Source of the DNA: Myxococcota bacterium
GTDB taxonomy: Bacteria > Myxococcota_A > SURF-8
Direction: 5' to 3'
DNA: 64,000 bases
Assembly (NCBI GenBank): GCA_965140415.1
Contig: OZ223209.1
Location: 480,001-544,000, forward strand
The notes beneath the pieces were generated by a model. That model saw nothing but the letters and a program-made list of their open reading frames with translations, searched no databases and was not told where the DNA came from. This document shows, one piece after another, positions 47,201-56,355 of this stretch (the stretch's first letter is position 1; every line of letters begins with the position of its first letter). Both the position numbers and the translations under genes were made by a program.

Positions 47201-50200
47201 CTGGAACGATTTGATCCAGACCCTGTCTATTCAAGCGCGACACGCCGAAGAAGCCGAAGCCAAACGCGACTTCTTCCTGCGCATGGCCGAACTGGCCGAG
47301 TTGAAACTTTCCGCGCCAGAGCGCGCTTTCCCGTTTACGGTTTCGGCCTTTGAGAACGACGCCTTCAACCCGGCGATTCGCGATCAGTTGGAACGACTGG
47401 CCGCCGAAGTTTCCCGCTGGGAAGATCTGGCCGTGGCCTACCGCGACCGCGCCGAAGCGATGGAAGAAGTCGAGCAGCAGGTGGACCTGTACTTGAACGC
47501 TGGTCGCATCAAGCTGCGCGAAGTGGTGGACCCGGAAGGAGCGGAAACCTTCTATCTGGCCGCCAGAGAGCGCCAGGGTGACAACCTGGAAGCCTTGGAT
47601 GCCTTGGATGAAATCTTCAACATCCTGGGCAAGTGGGATGAACTGGTCGATGTGATCTACACCAAAGCCGATTTGGCCGAGCAGGACGAGGCCAAGATCG
47701 ACTTGTACGTTCGTGCCGCCGTGATCCGCGAAGAGAAGACCGAGGATAAAACCGGAGCGGTTTCCTCTTACCTCAAGGCGCTGGCCGTGGATGAAAACCA
47801 CAGCTCTTCACTGGCCGAGTTGGATCGCCTGTACGGGGAACTGTCGCGCTGGGCGGAATTGCGGGATATCATCTCCCGGCGTATCGAGTTGGCCGAGTCC
47901 GACGCAACGCGCAACGATCTGACGTATCGCAAAGGCCAGGTGGTCGAGCAGAAGCTGAATGATAAGGCGGCGGCCATCGAGCTGTACCATACGATTTTGC
48001 AGGCGGACGACGAATACTTCGATGCCATCGAATCGTTGGAAGCCATGGTGTTGGAACCCGAGTATCAACAGGTTTCTCTGGATATTCTGGTGCCGTTGTT
48101 TGAAACCAAGGGTTGGTGGGAACGCCTGACCGAAACCCTGGAAGCTCAATTCGATACCTTAACGGATGTTTCCTCGCGCGTCGAGGTACTGACCCGCATT
48201 AAGGATGTTTACGAAAACGAAATGTCCGATGCTCCTCGCGCCTTCCAGGTGAGTTGCCGCATCTTCCAGGAAGATTTCCACGATGTGGCCGCACGGCAGG
48301 AGATGGAGCGGCTGGCGGTCGTTACCGGCGGTTTCGAAGGTCTGGTGGAAACCTACCACAGCTTCGCCGAGCAGGTGCCGGAACAGGAATTGAAGCTGGA
48401 GATTCTGACCAAAATCGCCCGCATCAACGAAGAGCAGTTGCAAAACGACGAGCAGGCGATGGAGGTTTACCAGCGCGTATTGGAATTGGACGACAAGAAC
48501 TTCACCGCCATGCTGGCGTTGGATCGCTTGTATGAACGGCTGGAACGCTACAGCGATTTGGTCGATTTGATTCCGCTGGAATTCGATTTCTACGATGACC
48601 CGAAGGAACTGGTGGAACTGCGCCTGCGCCTGGGTTCGTTGTGGGAGGAGAAACTGCACGATGCACTGACGGCCATCGAAGTGTACAGCCAGGTGCTCGC
48701 CGAACAGCCGGATAACGTCACGGCGCTAACGGCGTTGGAACGCCTTTACGAGCAAGTGGAAATGTGGCCGGAATTGGTGGAGATCTACAAGGCGGAAGTT
48801 CGTATCGCTCGTGGCGACACCAAAAAAGCGCGGCTCTACGCCAAGATGGCACAGGTTTACAGCGACAAAATGGATAGCGCCGGCGAAGCCATTCCGCTTT
48901 GGAAGCGCGTGTTGCAGTTTGACGAGCAGAACGAAGAAGTCATGGTCAAACTGGAAGCCTTGTACGAACACGAAGAAATGTGGGACGAACTGGTCAACCA
49001 CTACAAGAATCGTCTGCGCGGCGCGCGCGGCGTACAGGAACGGGCCGGAATTACCAGCCAGATGGCCAGATTGTATCTGGAGCGGCTGAACCAGGAAGAC
49101 CAGGCTACGCAGTTATATCTGAAGGTGTTGGAATACACGCCGGACGATCTAGGCGTGATCGACATTCTGGAAGAAATCTACGTTCGCAACCAGGCCTGGC
49201 GCGATCTGGTGGATCTGCTGCACAGGTTGGTGCCGCAGGTGCAGGGCGCGGAGCTTCGCTCGTTGTATCTGCGTCTTGCGAGTTTGCAGGTGGAACGTCT
49301 GGACAACCTGGAAAAAGGGGCAGACTTCGGACGCCAGGTGCTGGATATGGATCCCACGGTGGACGAACTGGCGCGCATGGAACGCATCTTCCGCGATTCG
49401 AAGGCCTACGAGTTGTATCTCAATATCCTGACCCGCCAGTCCGAGCAAACCGAAGAAGCCGCTACCAAGGTGGCGCTTTACTTCCGCATGGCGGAAATCT
49501 GGCTGGAACGACTGGACAAGGAAGTCGAAGCCAAGCATTGCTACGAGAACGTGCTGGAACTGATTCCGGACAACCTGCAAGCAGCGGAAAGTCTGGAACC
49601 GATTTATCGCCGCGACGGTGCCTGGAGCGATTTGATCAAGGTGCTCGATATTCGCCTGACCGAAGCCGATGGCGAGGAGCGGATCGAGTTGATGCGTCAG
49701 AAAGCGGATATCTGCCAGAACAATCTGGGCGATCCTTCCGGTGCTTTCGATGCCCTTTCGCCGGTATTCCAGAACGATCCGGGCGATGCGGAACTGATGG
49801 CACGCATGGAACAATTGGCCGATGCCACCACGCGTCATCTGGATCTGGCTCATCTGCTGCGCGATCTGCTGCCGGAAACCGAACAGGAACAGCGCCTGTT
49901 CCGCAGCCTGACTTTCAAGGTCGCCGAAATTTATGAAAACAAGGCGATCAACGCGGATCTGGCCGCCGAATACTTCAAGATGTTCCTGGAGAGCGGCGAA
50001 TACAGCGAACACGCGGTGGATTTCCTGATCGGATATTACGAGGAAGTCGAAGACTGGGACGAACTGATCAGCGCCTACCAGCAAAAACTTCCGTACATGA
50101 ATACGGAGGAAAAAGTGGTGGTTGGCTGCCGGGTGGCGGATATCTTCGATAGCAAGCTGGGAGAAGCCGAGCGTGCAATCAAGACCTACCATCAGGTATT

Positions 50201-52457
50201 GAAGATGGACGATCGTTGCGAACCCGCCATCGATGCGTTGATCCTGATTTACGATCGTCAACGGGATTGGACGGAACTCGTTGAACAGTTGCGGCACAAG
50301 CTGCACTTGGTGACCGATGCGCAGGACATCAGCGAAATCCGCTTGCGCATCGCGCGTCTGTACCAGGATCAGATCGGCGATCTGGATCAGGCCAAGACCT
50401 TCTACCGGGCGATTATTGCCGTCGATCCCAAACACGGAATTGCGTTGGATGAGTTGGAATGCATTTACGTGGAAGAGGAAAACTACGACGAATTGCTCGA
50501 AGTGCTTTCGCGTCGCATCAACGTGACCGACAGCGACGAGGAGAAACTGGGTATCTACCGCAAGATGGCGGATATCTGGGAGACCAAGTTCGAACAACTC
50601 GATATGGCGGTCAATTATCTGGAAAGAATGCTGGCCATCGATGCCAGCAATCTGGAAGCCATCACGACCTTGGAACGCATCTACCGTGAAGCCTCCGATT
50701 GGCCGTCCTTGGCGCAGACCTATCAGCGTCACATCGATCAGACCATCGACAGCGAAGAGATCGTGCGCCTGTACACCGAAATGGGCAAGATTCACGGCGA
50801 GTATCTCTTCCTGCCCGCCAAGGCGATCGAATACTTCACCAAGGCGCTCAAAATCGATGAGAACAATCTCGATGTCATGGAAGCCTTGTCCGAACTGTAC
50901 ACGGCCAATGAGAAGTGGGAACCGGCCATCGAGACCTTGGAACGCATGGCCGAACTGACCCAGGACAAAGCCCGCAAGGTGGATGTGCTTTCCCGCTTGG
51001 GGAATATCTACCTGGTCAGCTTGGACGATCAGGAGAAGGCCAAGCAGGTCTTCGACCGCATGGTGGCCGAGGATCCAACCTTCGTTCCGGCTCTGCGCGC
51101 GCTGCGTCGTTACTATGCTTCCACCGAGAACTGGCCGGAATTCCTGCGCATGGTCGAGGAAGAAAAACGCTACGTGGAAGATGGTGGCGAGAAAGCCGAG
51201 CTGCTTTACGAGGAAGGCCGCTATTACCATGAGTTGGAACGCGATGTGGATCGCGCAGTGATTCTGTATCGCGAAGCGCTGGAATTGGCCGATGACTTCC
51301 AGCCGGTGCTTAAAGTGCTGGGCAACATCTACTTCGAGCGGCAGGAATGGGAGCAGGCTCGGGTGGTATTGAGCAAGTTGCTGGAAACTCCCGATGCGCT
51401 TGACGAAATGGAGCAGGCGCGGGTCCACTACCAATTGGCGTTCATTGCCGAAAAGGAAGAGGACGACGGCGAGGCGCTCAAGCACTACACGGCCAGCTAT
51501 CGTTTGGACTCCAATACTCTGCCCACCTTGGAAGGTTTGGCCCGCACGCTATTCAAGCGCGGTGATTGGGATCGGGCTTTCCGCGTTTACCAGACCATTC
51601 TGGTTCGTTTCCGCGAGCAGAAGTCGATTCCGGAACTGGTTGAACTGTTCTGTCGCCTGGGCGAAGTGAACGGGAAACTGGAAAAGAACGATGTCGCTGT
51701 TCGCATGTACGAAAAAGCGTTGGAACTGGATTCGGAATCCATCCGCGCATTGAAAGCGATTGTGTTCTTCTACGAGTCGCTGGAAAACTGGAAGAAGGTT
51801 TTGCAGTATCGCAGCCGCTTGATCAAACGACTCACCGGCGATGAACTCTTCGAGCAGTGGAAAGCGGTGGGTGATGTCTACTCGGATCATATGGATGACC
51901 CGGACAAGGGGTTGGAAGCATATCGCTTTGCCTTGGAAGTCAACGCCACGGACATCGTGTTGTTGAAAAAAGTGGCGGATCTGTTGTTGGCGCAGGGAAA
52001 TATCGACGATGCCATCGGCGTGATGCGCAGTTCGCTGATGATGGAAAAAGAGCCTGAGCGCCTGATCGAATTAAACCAGAAGCTGGCGGAACTGCTGCTG
52101 GAGCATCGTAAAGATGTGGTTGGCGCGATCGATTGCTACAATGCCATTCTGGATCTGCAACCCGAACGCTCCGATATGTTCGAGCGGATCGAAGGTATCC
52201 TGACCGAGCGCGAGGATTGGGAATCGCTGGATACGAACTACCGCTTGATGATCCAGCGTTATCCGGCGGAAGATACGGTGAATGCGCTAGCCCTGTGGAG
52301 AAGCTCGGAAATCTGCTGGTGGAGAAAGCCGGGAACCTGGAAGATGGTATCCAGGCCTGGGAAGTCGTCGCTCAGCTCGATGCGGAGAATCCGGATACGC
52401 AGGAAAAAATCGCCGATCTATATGCCATGTCGCCCAAGTACCGGGATAAAGCGGTAG
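41229..52457 (+). CDS. agmK: Giant TPR protein, GltI/AgmK-like (N-terminal part; real frame continues after a 1-nt frameshift near 52300)
   Basis: 3742 aa of A...Y..VL..DP....AL..L..LY.....W..L repeats. The last about 50 codons lose the pattern. Lies directly upstream of a GltJ-like gene. Confidence 0.8.
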   Translation: MEKQIRNYLKILETSPDNVPAFKALAKIYKDQERWGELANLYVEKAQRTADETKIPELLFQAAELFAERLAKFDRVEECYQKVLDHDPQNERALTELKARYRDSHQWDQLIHLLEQEAEHSEDIDHKADSLTEIADLWEKMLGNEQKQIAYLVQAQQVNPNHLSSLRQLKTYYLKSFQVDRAIELVEREEQLLEGNKEKADLYNEVGLLLAEDPFETQRAIEFLRKAIEIDGRFKNAKKKLEELESLDQKWEKFTRKYLEDAINVSDKREASTIYLKIAGIYYLYNPEAEEDILSTIEKSLILDSSNRRALLLGERYLTEKEQWEKLTEFYQSIYERTRDEALKIEAMAKSAEVLSERLEKRDEALALFREVNSLNPDHPTAFVHIAEDLENREEFDELRELLSDRLERCHEVSARIETLLTLARMAKREDDPKLAIEHLEKILEIEPENERAAGQLADLYEEVQAWDKLLEVMPTVIAAAKDDQLCFDLHAKFAKILSEQLGKSEQAFEHYSAAFAINPQDETVLTQLEDLTIELECWEELVKLFKQVLQQEGDAQMLRSIRFKLAQIYDRELSQYQEAENCYVELLEEQQELEVLDALGRLYSKDLKWEKLVTILGQKAELTDDPEERRDILLEKARIYEMELSDAALAITAYQEVVAIMPDELEALHHLSELYEMGGDYDALTKVIEQELEVITSIPEKVNRNFKLGNLYRDKLQNPEAAGEAFLRVLELDSNHLPAIEMLEELLNQGVSPNEIFKGLEEYYRKLERWDKLAKGYEALIRSEADSEQKGALCHKLAEVSLVHRSMDEEAFTWITEGLKTTYQNADFLKLSLDAARKVGKQSELLELLESKSESVEDEEQKISLSLSLGSLYWEGMQDTEQAERHYLEASELASDREEVMEQVTGFFKETEQWVQFSAFGERLAEIVGEPSRKKEVLFEVADVYENRLKKNDASQVVLRRVLQTDAADLKAIDALLRLQQEAEQWEDLVLTLLEKLDLVEDETGRIALKMQLAEIQEDKLEDYDEAARLYSEVLAKDPKHPDAFAAMELFLERNLCESLVAETLRPIYEEKRDFEKLIHVLTLQYAEVEGEAAYTLAVRIASLYEDELQRFADALEWYGRAFVAGDGVVLLKELMLSASSANNYARLVEICEEKLEQELSDADRTEVLFHIGDTLVKELQKPDDARLRYEAVLEIDANNERAIDALIELARERMDYEDLAQLLEKKRDVVEDKKVRREATFEIAQLRFKRLEQPDEAVALLNELLDERENDPQVFEMLEDVFITHDRWEDQKELLERRLKYLREDDEILPVKIQIGAILENNLDRLDEGMAIYRELVRNYWNYPVVGALVDRLLSQESTQLEIANEMEQKYIKVQDWKRLVQVYEIQVHYTEGSEEKSKLLSKLSNVYQNKLQDPEKAFDGFARVFIGDPNNTEALDELEKLAGDLGAWRELAEVYEKAGEAAPDHDEATALFIKAARLYEDILAYQEDSIRAYRKVLDRDRNNMTAIQALEGLCRKTERWEELRDIYLQRINLTEDTAEKKELYTNICILYEHQLEDPLGATPFYEATVELTPQDIEAVDKLMELYQLQEDWEKKAGLMAHKLELVDSLAERNELMLAKAELHEVKLDQAEISKDLYKHVLESDESDTRSLEKLEEYVEREEFQDELARFLEPMYLRWENWERVIDMQEHQFTHSEDGDERIRLLKAIANNYEEHLDQNLLAYGVLTRAFRERPLDEFIQNELERLAGVLGQYEQLCSLYGELIDGYDPETESDTMVNLLMNLAHLSESYLREIELAAGHYRRVLELSENHPEALGHLERIYSLQKKWPELIEVLESKNAITEELEQKKAILFQVCNIFEEELGENRQAIDTYRRMLELDGRDDDVLRSLVRLTTTEDMWEDLIEVRYRQLDIAETDDQRWNLRHAIGMVLWRKLTRKDEAIEIFNGVLEENHGYPPCRDAMEGLMEEGDSELAAARILEPLYTEDERWNDLIQTLSIQARHAEEAEAKRDFFLRMAELAELKLSAPERAFPFTVSAFENDAFNPAIRDQLERLAAEVSRWEDLAVAYRDRAEAMEEVEQQVDLYLNAGRIKLREVVDPEGAETFYLAARERQGDNLEALDALDEIFNILGKWDELVDVIYTKADLAEQDEAKIDLYVRAAVIREEKTEDKTGAVSSYLKALAVDENHSSSLAELDRLYGELSRWAELRDIISRRIELAESDATRNDLTYRKGQVVEQKLNDKAAAIELYHTILQADDEYFDAIESLEAMVLEPEYQQVSLDILVPLFETKGWWERLTETLEAQFDTLTDVSSRVEVLTRIKDVYENEMSDAPRAFQVSCRIFQEDFHDVAARQEMERLAVVTGGFEGLVETYHSFAEQVPEQELKLEILTKIARINEEQLQNDEQAMEVYQRVLELDDKNFTAMLALDRLYERLERYSDLVDLIPLEFDFYDDPKELVELRLRLGSLWEEKLHDALTAIEVYSQVLAEQPDNVTALTALERLYEQVEMWPELVEIYKAEVRIARGDTKKARLYAKMAQVYSDKMDSAGEAIPLWKRVLQFDEQNEEVMVKLEALYEHEEMWDELVNHYKNRLRGARGVQERAGITSQMARLYLERLNQEDQATQLYLKVLEYTPDDLGVIDILEEIYVRNQAWRDLVDLLHRLVPQVQGAELRSLYLRLASLQVERLDNLEKGADFGRQVLDMDPTVDELARMERIFRDSKAYELYLNILTRQSEQTEEAATKVALYFRMAEIWLERLDKEVEAKHCYENVLELIPDNLQAAESLEPIYRRDGAWSDLIKVLDIRLTEADGEERIELMRQKADICQNNLGDPSGAFDALSPVFQNDPGDAELMARMEQLADATTRHLDLAHLLRDLLPETEQEQRLFRSLTFKVAEIYENKAINADLAAEYFKMFLESGEYSEHAVDFLIGYYEEVEDWDELISAYQQKLPYMNTEEKVVVGCRVADIFDSKLGEAERAIKTYHQVLKMDDRCEPAIDALILIYDRQRDWTELVEQLRHKLHLVTDAQDISEIRLRIARLYQDQIGDLDQAKTFYRAIIAVDPKHGIALDELECIYVEEENYDELLEVLSRRINVTDSDEEKLGIYRKMADIWETKFEQLDMAVNYLERMLAIDASNLEAITTLERIYREASDWPSLAQTYQRHIDQTIDSEEIVRLYTEMGKIHGEYLFLPAKAIEYFTKALKIDENNLDVMEALSELYTANEKWEPAIETLERMAELTQDKARKVDVLSRLGNIYLVSLDDQEKAKQVFDRMVAEDPTFVPALRALRRYYASTENWPEFLRMVEEEKRYVEDGGEKAELLYEEGRYYHELERDVDRAVILYREALELADDFQPVLKVLGNIYFERQEWEQARVVLSKLLETPDALDEMEQARVHYQLAFIAEKEEDDGEALKHYTASYRLDSNTLPTLEGLARTLFKRGDWDRAFRVYQTILVRFREQKSIPELVELFCRLGEVNGKLEKNDVAVRMYEKALELDSESIRALKAIVFFYESLENWKKVLQYRSRLIKRLTGDELFEQWKAVGDVYSDHMDDPDKGLEAYRFALEVNATDIVLLKKVADLLLAQGNIDDAIGVMRSSLMMEKEPERLIELNQKLAELLLEHRKDVVGAIDCYNAILDLQPERSDMFERIEGILTEREDWESLDTNYRLMIQRYPAEDTVNALALWRSSEICWWRKPGTWKMVSRPGKSSLSSMRRIRIRRKKSPIYMPCRPSTGIKR

Positions 52458-53455
52458 AGATGCATCGCACGATCCTGCAACGTGATCCCATGCGTGTCAA
52501 TTCGTACCGGGCGTTGTGGAAGATTGCATTCGAAGCCGAAGAATTCGACAAAGCCTTCTGCTACGCTGGCGTAGTCCACTTGCTGGGGCGTTCGGATACT
52601 CCGGCTGCGGCGTTCTATCAGGAAAACCTGAAAGACGTGAAGAATGAGGCGATCAATACCTTGGATCGTCAGCTTTGGGGATCGCTGTTGTTGCATGAAA
52701 GTGCACGGCACAACGTCGGGCAGGTATTGACCATCCTGTTCCACCACGTCCACGGTTTGATGGATTCCGACCTGAAGAAGGAAGGATTGAAGAAGAAAGA
52801 CCGGTTGGATCTGGGCGAGCACGTCAGTTTCGCGACCACCATGACCTATATTCTGAAGACCATGGGATTACCGGAACCGGAAATCTTCATGAAGCAGGGT
52901 TTCGGTCCGGGAATCGAAGTGCTCTCGATGCAACCGGCTTCGATCAAGATCGGCGCGGATGCGTTCGAGAATTATCCAAAGCGGGAACTAATGTTCCTGG
53001 CTACGCGCGCGGCGGTGCTGGCCCGACCGGATTTCCTGATGACGCAAATGTTACCGGAAAACACCGTTCGCGACCTGCTGGATGCATCGGCTCTGATCTT
53101 CGACAACCGATTCAAAACGACGCGCAACCCCAAAGAGTTGAAAGACTTGCAGAAGCGCTTGGAAAAGGGAACGCCCAAGAAAGTTCGCGAACCGCTGGCG
53201 CAGTTCGTTTCCGAGTATGCCCGGTTGGCGGGAGAGTTGGACATCGCGCAGTGGAAAGAAGCACTTATGCTTTCAGCCAACCGCGCGGCTCTGTTGATGT
53301 GCAACGATATATCGATGGCGGTGGAAACCTTGCGTAAGCATCCGGGCGGATTGTCTGAAGAGCAGGTCGAGCAATGCGTGACCGATCTGATTCAGTTCTC
53401 GATTTCGGATCAGTATTTCCATCTGCGCAACTATCTGGGCTTTACCATAATCTAG
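52301..53455 (+). CDS. C-terminal part of the giant TPR protein (frameshifted continuation)
   Basis: Frame resumes KLGNLLVEKAG.. with TPR pattern, then SANRAALLMCND..DLIQFSISDQYFHLR..LG. No own start with RBS at the junction. Confidence 0.8.
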   Translation, partial: KLGNLLVEKAGNLEDGIQAWEVVAQLDAENPDTQEKIADLYAMSPKYRDKAVEMHRTILQRDPMRVNSYRALWKIAFEAEEFDKAFCYAGVVHLLGRSDTPAAAFYQENLKDVKNEAINTLDRQLWGSLLLHESARHNVGQVLTILFHHVHGLMDSDLKKEGLKKKDRLDLGEHVSFATTMTYILKTMGLPEPEIFMKQGFGPGIEVLSMQPASIKIGADAFENYPKRELMFLATRAAVLARPDFLMTQMLPENTVRDLLDASALIFDNRFKTTRNPKELKDLQKRLEKGTPKKVREPLAQFVSEYARLAGELDIAQWKEALMLSANRAALLMCNDISMAVETLRKHPGGLSEEQVEQCVTDLIQFSISDQYFHLRNYLGFTII

Positions 53456-53467
53456 CTTTTCATCTCG

Positions 53468-53520
53468 ATTGCATAAGCCCGGCGGTACTCCATGCGGAAT
53501 GGATGCCGCCGGGTCGCAAT
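53468..53520 (+). terminator. Long hairpin after the TPR gene (terminator or processing stem)
   Basis: cccggcggt..tccat-gcgga-atgga-tgccgccggg flanked by attgc/gcaat. No clear U-tract. Confidence 0.4.
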
Positions 53521-53722
53521 CGGAATGTAAAAAGAGCGCAGCAGGCTAAGATCATTAAAGAAATTGTACTTGGTGCATGAAAGGCAAGACAAGGTTTTCG
53601 GTTGACAGATTCATGGGTTTTCTTGACCTGTTTTGCGTTTTCATGCTATGAAAAACCGTTTTGTGGACCAATCGGATTCTTGCCGGAGAATCCTTTATTC
53701 CTTTGGTGGGAAGTGAAACACC

Positions 53723-55312
53723 ATGAGAGTTCAATGCGATCAATGTGGGGCCTCCTATAATATTCCCGATGAGAAAATTCAGGGAAGGCCGTTTAAGATT
53801 ACGTGCAAACGCTGCAAGAACGTGATTCGCGTCCGTCCGGGTGACGCTGGCGGGCGAAAAACCATGGAAGTTGCCGCTGCCGACGTTCAACCCCGAATGA
53901 CCGGGGAAATGCGAGCCGCTTCATCGGATAATGTCGATGAAATGGCCAGAACGGTATTTCAACCGGGTGGTGTGGCGCAAGTTCGTTCTGAACCTGCCAA
54001 ACCCGTTAAAGCCGAAGTGGCGAACACGCAGTCGGTTGCTGCTCAAGACGATACTCGCAAGCCGCGTCTGACCATCGAAGGCAAGGCGCTGGATGAGCAG
54101 GTCGTTACCGGTCAGGCATTCTGGTATCTGGCCTACAGTCGCAATAAGCGCGGACCCTGGACCTTACAGCAGATCGAGGAACATCTGAAAACTGTTTCTC
54201 TGCAAGGCGATATTTTCGTTTGGAAAGCTGGATTTGATAATTGGAAAAAGATCCAGGACGTTTCCGATTTCGCTGAAATCGTTGCAAGGCTCAATAAACC
54301 CGCGGCGACTCCAGCCGCTCCGGTGCCGCCTCGTGAAGAACCGAAACCGGTTGAAAAGAGCAAACCCAGAAAGACCTTTACCGAACTGATTCAGTCTGAA
54401 CTGAACGGGGAAGAAAAAAAGGCCGACGGCGAGCAGAAAACATCCAAGATCGATCTTGGAGATCTGGTCAAGACGCGGGTGAAAGAACAGGAAAGTGATA
54501 AAACCGCCAAGCAGCAGAAGCAGCCGATGAGCGGTGTGAAACTCGAAGAGTATCGTCCCCCCGAAAAGAAGAAGATTCCCTGGATTCCGATCACGATTCT
54601 TCTGGTTCTGTTCTTGTTGGTAACGGGAACTCCGTTGGTATTGGCCTACAAGCAGATCATCGAAATACCGGGTTTGGATCAGGCCCCGGTGATCGGTCAC
54701 TATTTCAAAAAGGAAGAAGTCGATCACTATGCAGAGTTGCGTGCGCAGTGGGAGATGCTGATCAAAATCGACGAAGCCAAGGTAGCGTTAAAGGCGACCA
54801 AGCAGGAAGAAGAAAAGCAGCGCTTGGAGCAGGAACGCCAGAAGGCGTTGGAAGAACAGCGTGCTCGTCAGCGTCGTGCAGAAGAACGTCGCCGCCAGTA
54901 TGCCTCGCGTGGAGGCAGTGGAGGCGGTTCCAACGGCTCGCAGGGGGTGACGGAATTCGATTTCAGTGAAGGCAGTGACGGAACCGAAATGGATACCATC
55001 GGTGAACTGCGAACCACGGATGTCGATCGCAATGAGCCGCTCACCCAAAGCCAGGTGAATAAAGTCATTCGCGCCAATATGGGACAGATCGCCGCCTGCG
55101 TGAAAGCGCAGAAGAAATACGGTCAGCTAAACGGCAGTATGGAAGTTCGTTTTACGGTCAGTCGGCGTGGTTCGGTCGTGCGTGCGAATATCGTAACACC
55201 GAAATTCAAGGATAGTTATGTCGGTGATTGCGTTTCGGCGACCATCGAGCGGATTCGTTTCCCGCGTTCGGGAGGATCGGTCACGGTCAGTTATCCGTTC
55301 CAAGTGAAATAA
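53723..55312 (+). CDS. agmX: GltJ/AgmX-like protein: zinc ribbon, GYF_2 domain, TM, TonB-C-like (AgmX/PglI) C-terminus
   Basis: MRVQCDQCGASYNIPDEKI..CKRC, WY....GP...VWKAGFDNWKKI, TM, LTQSQV..I..C..G.MEVRFTV..G.V..C..IRFP..YPF. Confidence 0.8.
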   Translation: MRVQCDQCGASYNIPDEKIQGRPFKITCKRCKNVIRVRPGDAGGRKTMEVAAADVQPRMTGEMRAASSDNVDEMARTVFQPGGVAQVRSEPAKPVKAEVANTQSVAAQDDTRKPRLTIEGKALDEQVVTGQAFWYLAYSRNKRGPWTLQQIEEHLKTVSLQGDIFVWKAGFDNWKKIQDVSDFAEIVARLNKPAATPAAPVPPREEPKPVEKSKPRKTFTELIQSELNGEEKKADGEQKTSKIDLGDLVKTRVKEQESDKTAKQQKQPMSGVKLEEYRPPEKKKIPWIPITILLVLFLLVTGTPLVLAYKQIIEIPGLDQAPVIGHYFKKEEVDHYAELRAQWEMLIKIDEAKVALKATKQEEEKQRLEQERQKALEEQRARQRRAEERRRQYASRGGSGGGSNGSQGVTEFDFSEGSDGTEMDTIGELRTTDVDRNEPLTQSQVNKVIRANMGQIAACVKAQKKYGQLNGSMEVRFTVSRRGSVVRANIVTPKFKDSYVGDCVSATIERIRFPRSGGSVTVSYPFQVK

Positions 55313-55335
55313 TCGTAGCAACAATGGATTTTATG

Positions 55336-55361
55336 TCGGCCAGCCTTTTCGGGCTGGCCGA
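55336..55361. terminator. Terminator hairpin between the gltJ-like gene and the convergent tail operon
   Basis: tcggccagcc-ttttcg-ggctggccga, perfect 10-bp stem. Confidence 0.7.
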
Positions 55362-55367
55362 TTGTGT

Positions 55368-55598
55368 TTAGGGCTTATAGGAACGCAGCAGCAGCTTGAT
55401 GTCTTCATGAATAGTGCGCACGTCCTGGCGCAGCAATTGTAAATCCGTGCATACCTGCGCGCGCAATTCCGCCACGCGCTTATCGGTGTATTGTTCGGTA
55501 TTGGCATAAAGGGTAAAGGCGGCTCCAACCTGCGTCACGAACAGAAAAATGGCGATCCAGATCCAACCGCGCCACTCCGCAATGATTTTCACGTTCAT
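55368..55598 (-). CDS. Small single-TM coiled-coil protein, holin-like
   Basis: 76 aa, TM WIWIAIFLFVTQVGAAFTLY then heptads. Last gene of the tail operon. Confidence 0.6.
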   Translation of the reverse strand: MNVKIIAEWRGWIWIAIFLFVTQVGAAFTLYANTEQYTDKRVAELRAQVCTDLQLLRQDVRTIHEDIKLLLRSYKP

Positions 55599-55612
55599 CG
55601 GTTTTTCTTCTT

Positions 55613-56340
55613 TCAACATCGGCTGGACAAGGCCAGGCAGGGACCGGTATTGTCGTCGTCTTGGATTTCAATGCTTGTACCGCTTGGAATCCAGGCGAGG
55701 ACTCCCCAGTACCAAGGACTAACAGGCGTGGTGGTTCTTGAATAGGGAACGTCTTCGTCCAAATTGACGGCCAACTCGACGGTGATGAAACTGCTACTGG
55801 TTACGGAATGGATGCACCGCGCCCGATGGTATTCAGTGCGGCGGATGTGTCGTACACAACTGGAGTGATTGTGGCAGTCTCCGTTCCCGCTGAACGCCTG
55901 ATCTGAACTCGTGTTCGTAATGAAAGAGCGTAGCGGTGTGGGATAAAAGGAACAATCGAACTGCAACGCCAGTTCCAGCCGCAATTTTCCAGCAGTCCGG
56001 TACCGTAATGAAAATCCGGCAGTATGCTGCAAACCGCCTGTTCGTGATCGTCTCCGGTAAGCACGATCGGCAGACTGAAATCGGATACGCTGCGGTAGAG
56101 TCCGCGCATCAGGTTTGTTGTTACCGGTATGGTAGCGCCGCTTCCATTTCCGGTGTGATCGAACAGGATCGGATTGGCGCGCACGCTGTTGCCCGGCGTT
56201 GGGGTATCGAGATAGCCTTCAACCAGCCAACCGGTGTTACTGGCCAACGCCATGATCTTGTCTGCACTGACGGCGCGCGTGTTTTGCAGCGCCTGTGTGG
56301 TCAAACTGCGGAAACTGGTGGATACTCGCATGGTGGACAT
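55613..56340 (-). CDS. Phage tail fibre/tip-like protein 3 (contains a 1-nt frameshift near 55807)
   Basis: ORF 55801-56340 continues in another frame (SVTSSSFITVEL..SSRC, stop 55613). RBS aaggaa. N-terminus resembles the two preceding genes. Confidence 0.6.
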
Positions 56341-56355
56341 GATATTTCCTTTTCG

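Noticed and set aside
49149-51485. 778-aa minus-strand ORF and other long ORFs inside the TPR gene
   Set aside because: Antisense or alternate-frame shadows of the giant TPR gene.
52290-52310. Programmed frameshift in the giant TPR gene
   Set aside because: No slippery heptamer or long homopolymer. A simple indel is more parsimonious.
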